DNA from: a virus | Length of the DNA: 64,000 nucleotides | IMG/VR virus record: IMGVR_UViG_3300029555_000004 | Strand: one strand, 5' to 3' | Shown here: positions 61,620 through 64,000 of the stretch, piece after piece | Numbering within the stretch: position 1 is the stretch's first letter | How the letters are laid out: every line of letters begins with the position of its first letter | Position numbers and translations under genes: made by a program | Notes under the pieces: model-generated | What the model was told of the DNA's origin: nothing | Database searches by the model: none | Seen by the model: only the letters and a program-made list of their open reading frames with translations

Positions 61620-62567
61620 ATGGCAGGAAAAACACAGTTAGCAACAGCAGGAGAACAACAGGCGGCAATTGTAATCAACAATTCATTCATTGATGGGCTG
61701 GTTAAGCAGCTTGAAAAAAAATGCGAATACGGTCTTTCGTTCCCAAAAGACTACAACCTCAGCAATGCGCTCATGGGGGCATATCTGATTCTGAAAGAAA
61801 CAAAAGACAGAAATAATAAGCCAGTTCTGGAATCTTGCACATCCACAAGCATTGCAAACAGCCTTATGAACATGGCGACACTAGGACTTTCAGTTCAGAA
61901 AAAACAGGGTTATTTCATTGCTTATTCCGGTCAGTGCCAGTTCCAGAGGTCTTACTTCGGAAACATTACAATAGCCAGAAGATACGGAATGAAAGATATT
62001 CACGCCGAGATCATCTACCAAGGAGATAAGTTCAAATACCACATTGAAGATGGAAACAAGGTGCTTGATTCCCATGAACAGGATTTTATGAATATTGATA
62101 ATGATAAAATCCTTGGCGCATATGCAGTAGTTCAGATGGAAGATGGAACAAAGCATTTGGAAGTAATGAACATGAAACAGATCAAGCAATCTTGGCTGCA
62201 GGGCTATGGGTACAAAGAAAACGGAAATGGAACACACCAGAAGTTTACCGATCAAATGGCAAAGAAAACAGTTATCAATCGTGCATTAAAGCAGATCATT
62301 AACAGCCACGGTGATGTTTTTGTACAGGAAGCTGACGAAAACACAGAGGATATTCCAAAACAGGATATTATTGAACAAGACGTTGCTTATGAAATTAGTG
62401 AGAATTCAAACACAGAAGAATTCATTCCACAGACAGAAGCAATCGAAGAAAAGCCAAAGCAGCCAACCGTAGCCGAAACCGTAAAAACAGCAGAGAAAGA
62501 ACCAGTCCCGGAAGCAGAGCCAGTGGAAACAGAAATTCCGTCATTTATGAGCCAGGAGGAAATGTAG
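61620..62567 (+). CDS. recT: RecT-family single-strand annealing protein
   Basis: ORF track 61509..62567. Start moved to ATG 61620 behind AAAGGAGA. SIANSLMNMATLGLSVQKKQGYFIAY...FQRSYFGNITIARRYG..IHAEIIYQGDKF is a RecT pattern. Confidence 0.75.
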   Translation: MAGKTQLATAGEQQAAIVINNSFIDGLVKQLEKKCEYGLSFPKDYNLSNALMGAYLILKETKDRNNKPVLESCTSTSIANSLMNMATLGLSVQKKQGYFIAYSGQCQFQRSYFGNITIARRYGMKDIHAEIIYQGDKFKYHIEDGNKVLDSHEQDFMNIDNDKILGAYAVVQMEDGTKHLEVMNMKQIKQSWLQGYGYKENGNGTHQKFTDQMAKKTVINRALKQIINSHGDVFVQEADENTEDIPKQDIIEQDVAYEISENSNTEEFIPQTEAIEEKPKQPTVAETVKTAEKEPVPEAEPVETEIPSFMSQEEM

Positions 62568-62568
62568 G

Positions 62569-62844
62569 ATGAAAAAGAAATTGATTATTGCGGCAGCAGT
62601 AACAGCTTGTGTATCAATCACAGGCTGTACCGCAAGCTTTGACAGGGAAGTAAAATCTTTTTCAAGTAATTGGAACGGTGGACTGAACCGTACCGTAACT
62701 GTTTACGATTACAACGGCGGTAAAATCAAGTCCTGGTCTGGAAAGTTTGATGTTTCCGAATCCGAGAATGAAGTTTACTTTGACGATTCAGACGGAAAAA
62801 GAGTTATTATCCATGGCGGCATTGTTGTGAATGAGGAAAACTGA
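62569..62844 (+). CDS. small lipoprotein
   Basis: MKKKLIIAAAVTACVSITGC has a lipobox. Confidence 0.6.
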   Translation: MKKKLIIAAAVTACVSITGCTASFDREVKSFSSNWNGGLNRTVTVYDYNGGKIKSWSGKFDVSESENEVYFDDSDGKRVIIHGGIVVNEEN

Positions 62845-62889
62845 CATGAGCAGCAGTGTAAGAGAAACTTTTTTCGGAGGTGAGTAGGA

Positions 62890-63240
62890 ATGAGATTAGT
62901 TTCACAGAACGGAGAGTTTGATGTTCCTTATGAAACCACATCGTTAAGCAGAACCGGAAATATCATAAGAGCATACATACCAATGGTAGGTGAAAAAGGA
63001 ACAGTCATGGCTCATTATTCGACAGAAGAAAAAGCCGAGAAAGCCATGAAAGTTCTTCATAAAGTGTATGCAGGAATGTTTTTAGCACAAAACGTTGAAA
63101 TGAGCGATGATGATTACGAGGAATGTATAAAAATGGCTGCAAGAGGTTTCGGAATCATTAAAACCATGGTTAACAGCCCAGATATGAAATTCGAGCCTGC
63201 AAACATTGTGTTCCAATTTCCAAAGGATGATGAAGTATGA
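62890..63240 (+). CDS. hypothetical protein
   Basis: ORF track. GGAGGTGAG RBS. Confidence 0.5.
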   Translation: MRLVSQNGEFDVPYETTSLSRTGNIIRAYIPMVGEKGTVMAHYSTEEKAEKAMKVLHKVYAGMFLAQNVEMSDDDYEECIKMAARGFGIIKTMVNSPDMKFEPANIVFQFPKDDEV

Positions 63241-63446
63241 AAGAGATAGGAAGAAAGAGAATTAATTGGGATTCTATTGTGACTGTGGAATTATCGCTTA
63301 AAGAGCTTCAATTAATAAGGGACGCAATGGTGGCTACAGATTTAAAAGATATGAAAGAATTATGGAGAGGAGCTCCTCCATATCAGCAGGACGATAAAAA
63401 TATGATTGGAGAAACTGCTTCTTCAATTTTAAATAGCTACAAATAA
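63237..63446 (+). CDS. hypothetical protein
   Basis: ORF track. ATGA overlap with the previous gene. Confidence 0.5.
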   Translation: MKEIGRKRINWDSIVTVELSLKELQLIRDAMVATDLKDMKELWRGAPPYQQDDKNMIGETASSILNSYK

Positions 63447-63468
63447 ACAGAAAGCGAGGTGATGAAAA

Positions 63469-64000
63469 ATGTTCATGCGAGTAGTAAACACAGGGAGCCA
63501 ACCCGGAAACTGCTATGTTTTGAAATCGAACAGCGGAGAAATGCTTCTTCTGGACTGCGGATGCAGATACAAAGACATTCTGAAAGCTATTGATTACAGA
63601 ACAAGTGATGTTTCTGGCGTATTGCTTAGTCATGAGCATGGAGATCACATCAAATCATTTCGGGAACTGATGAATTTAGGCATTCAGATTTACACCAATG
63701 ATGAAACCGTGGAGCATCTGCAAATCATCACTGGTGAATTAATGAAGGGCGTTCCAGAAAAAAGACCGTTTCGGGTCGGCTCGTTCACTGTAATACCGTT
63801 CTATTTGCCACATACTACAAGGGATAAGGACACAGGGCAACTTATTCCATGTTTCAATTATGGGTATATCGTGGAACATGAAGAAATGGGAAAGCTGTTG
63901 TATATGACAGACTTTGAATACTGCAAGTACAACTTCAAGGCAATGCGACTGAACCACTTAGTTGTTGAATGTAACTATTGTGGAGAATTGGTTGACAAAA
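63469..64000 (+). CDS. metallo-beta-lactamase-fold hydrolase/nuclease (partial, runs off the window)
   Basis: Hand-translated MFMRVVNTGSQPGNCYVLKSNSGEMLLLDCG...VLLSHEHGDHIKSF (HxHxDH motif) behind GAGGTG. The frame is open to the window end. Confidence 0.7.
   Translation, partial: MFMRVVNTGSQPGNCYVLKSNSGEMLLLDCGCRYKDILKAIDYRTSDVSGVLLSHEHGDHIKSFRELMNLGIQIYTNDETVEHLQIITGELMKGVPEKRPFRVGSFTVIPFYLPHTTRDKDTGQLIPCFNYGYIVEHEEMGKLLYMTDFEYCKYNFKAMRLNHLVVECNYCGELVDK

Overview
The window is about 64 kb of a siphovirus-like tailed phage or prophage from a low-GC Firmicute. Supporting signals are AGGAGG-type RBSs, TRTG/TGn extended -10 promoters, an amidase endolysin with a Cpl-7-like tail, and a LytTR regulator. 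All calls come from reading the sequence and the ORF track. No database search was run. Layout, left to right: (1) leftward small genes and an HTH gene with three copies of a 16-bp operator (0.1-3 kb). (2) A TerS-like gene, a GC-rich structured non-coding element and a small serine recombinase (3.8-5.9 kb). (3) Small early genes. (4) A 1.7-kb ORF-poor tRNA island (Gln, Met/Ile2, Trp, plus tRNA-like pieces). (5) About 15 small genes, including a minimal KxDG ligase. (6) TerL, portal, MuF-like, scaffold and capsid genes (13.2-19.8 kb). (7) A cassette of Gln/Gly/Cys-rich proteins (21.1-23.9 kb). (8) A fiber-like gene, head-tail genes, holin, major tail protein, a G/GT chaperone pair and a 1646-aa tape measure (24.6-34.5 kb). 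(9) A 7.8-kb accessory island that splits the tail operon (two Ant paralogs, Rep-like gene, lipoprotein, RHH, HNH). (10) Distal tail genes, an RBP-like gene and the endolysin (42.4-49.2 kb). (11) A LytTR response regulator, a CI/Cro-like switch, a decayed Rha gene, and a protein encoded by 14 x 27-bp repeats. (12) A recombination module: two tandem-OB SSB-like genes, a Rad50/SbcC-like ATPase, RecT and an MBL-fold nuclease. The most notable feature sits inside that module at 59.2-61.6 kb. It is a miniature type V CRISPR-Cas locus: a 522-aa Cas12f/TnpB-like RuvC nuclease with a 3-repeat mini-array downstream. A degenerate array lies upstream, and the first 9 nt of its first pseudo-spacer equal the nuclease gene's own first 9 nt. 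Both arrays are preceded by a covarying anti-repeat-like scaffold. No adaptation genes are present in the window.
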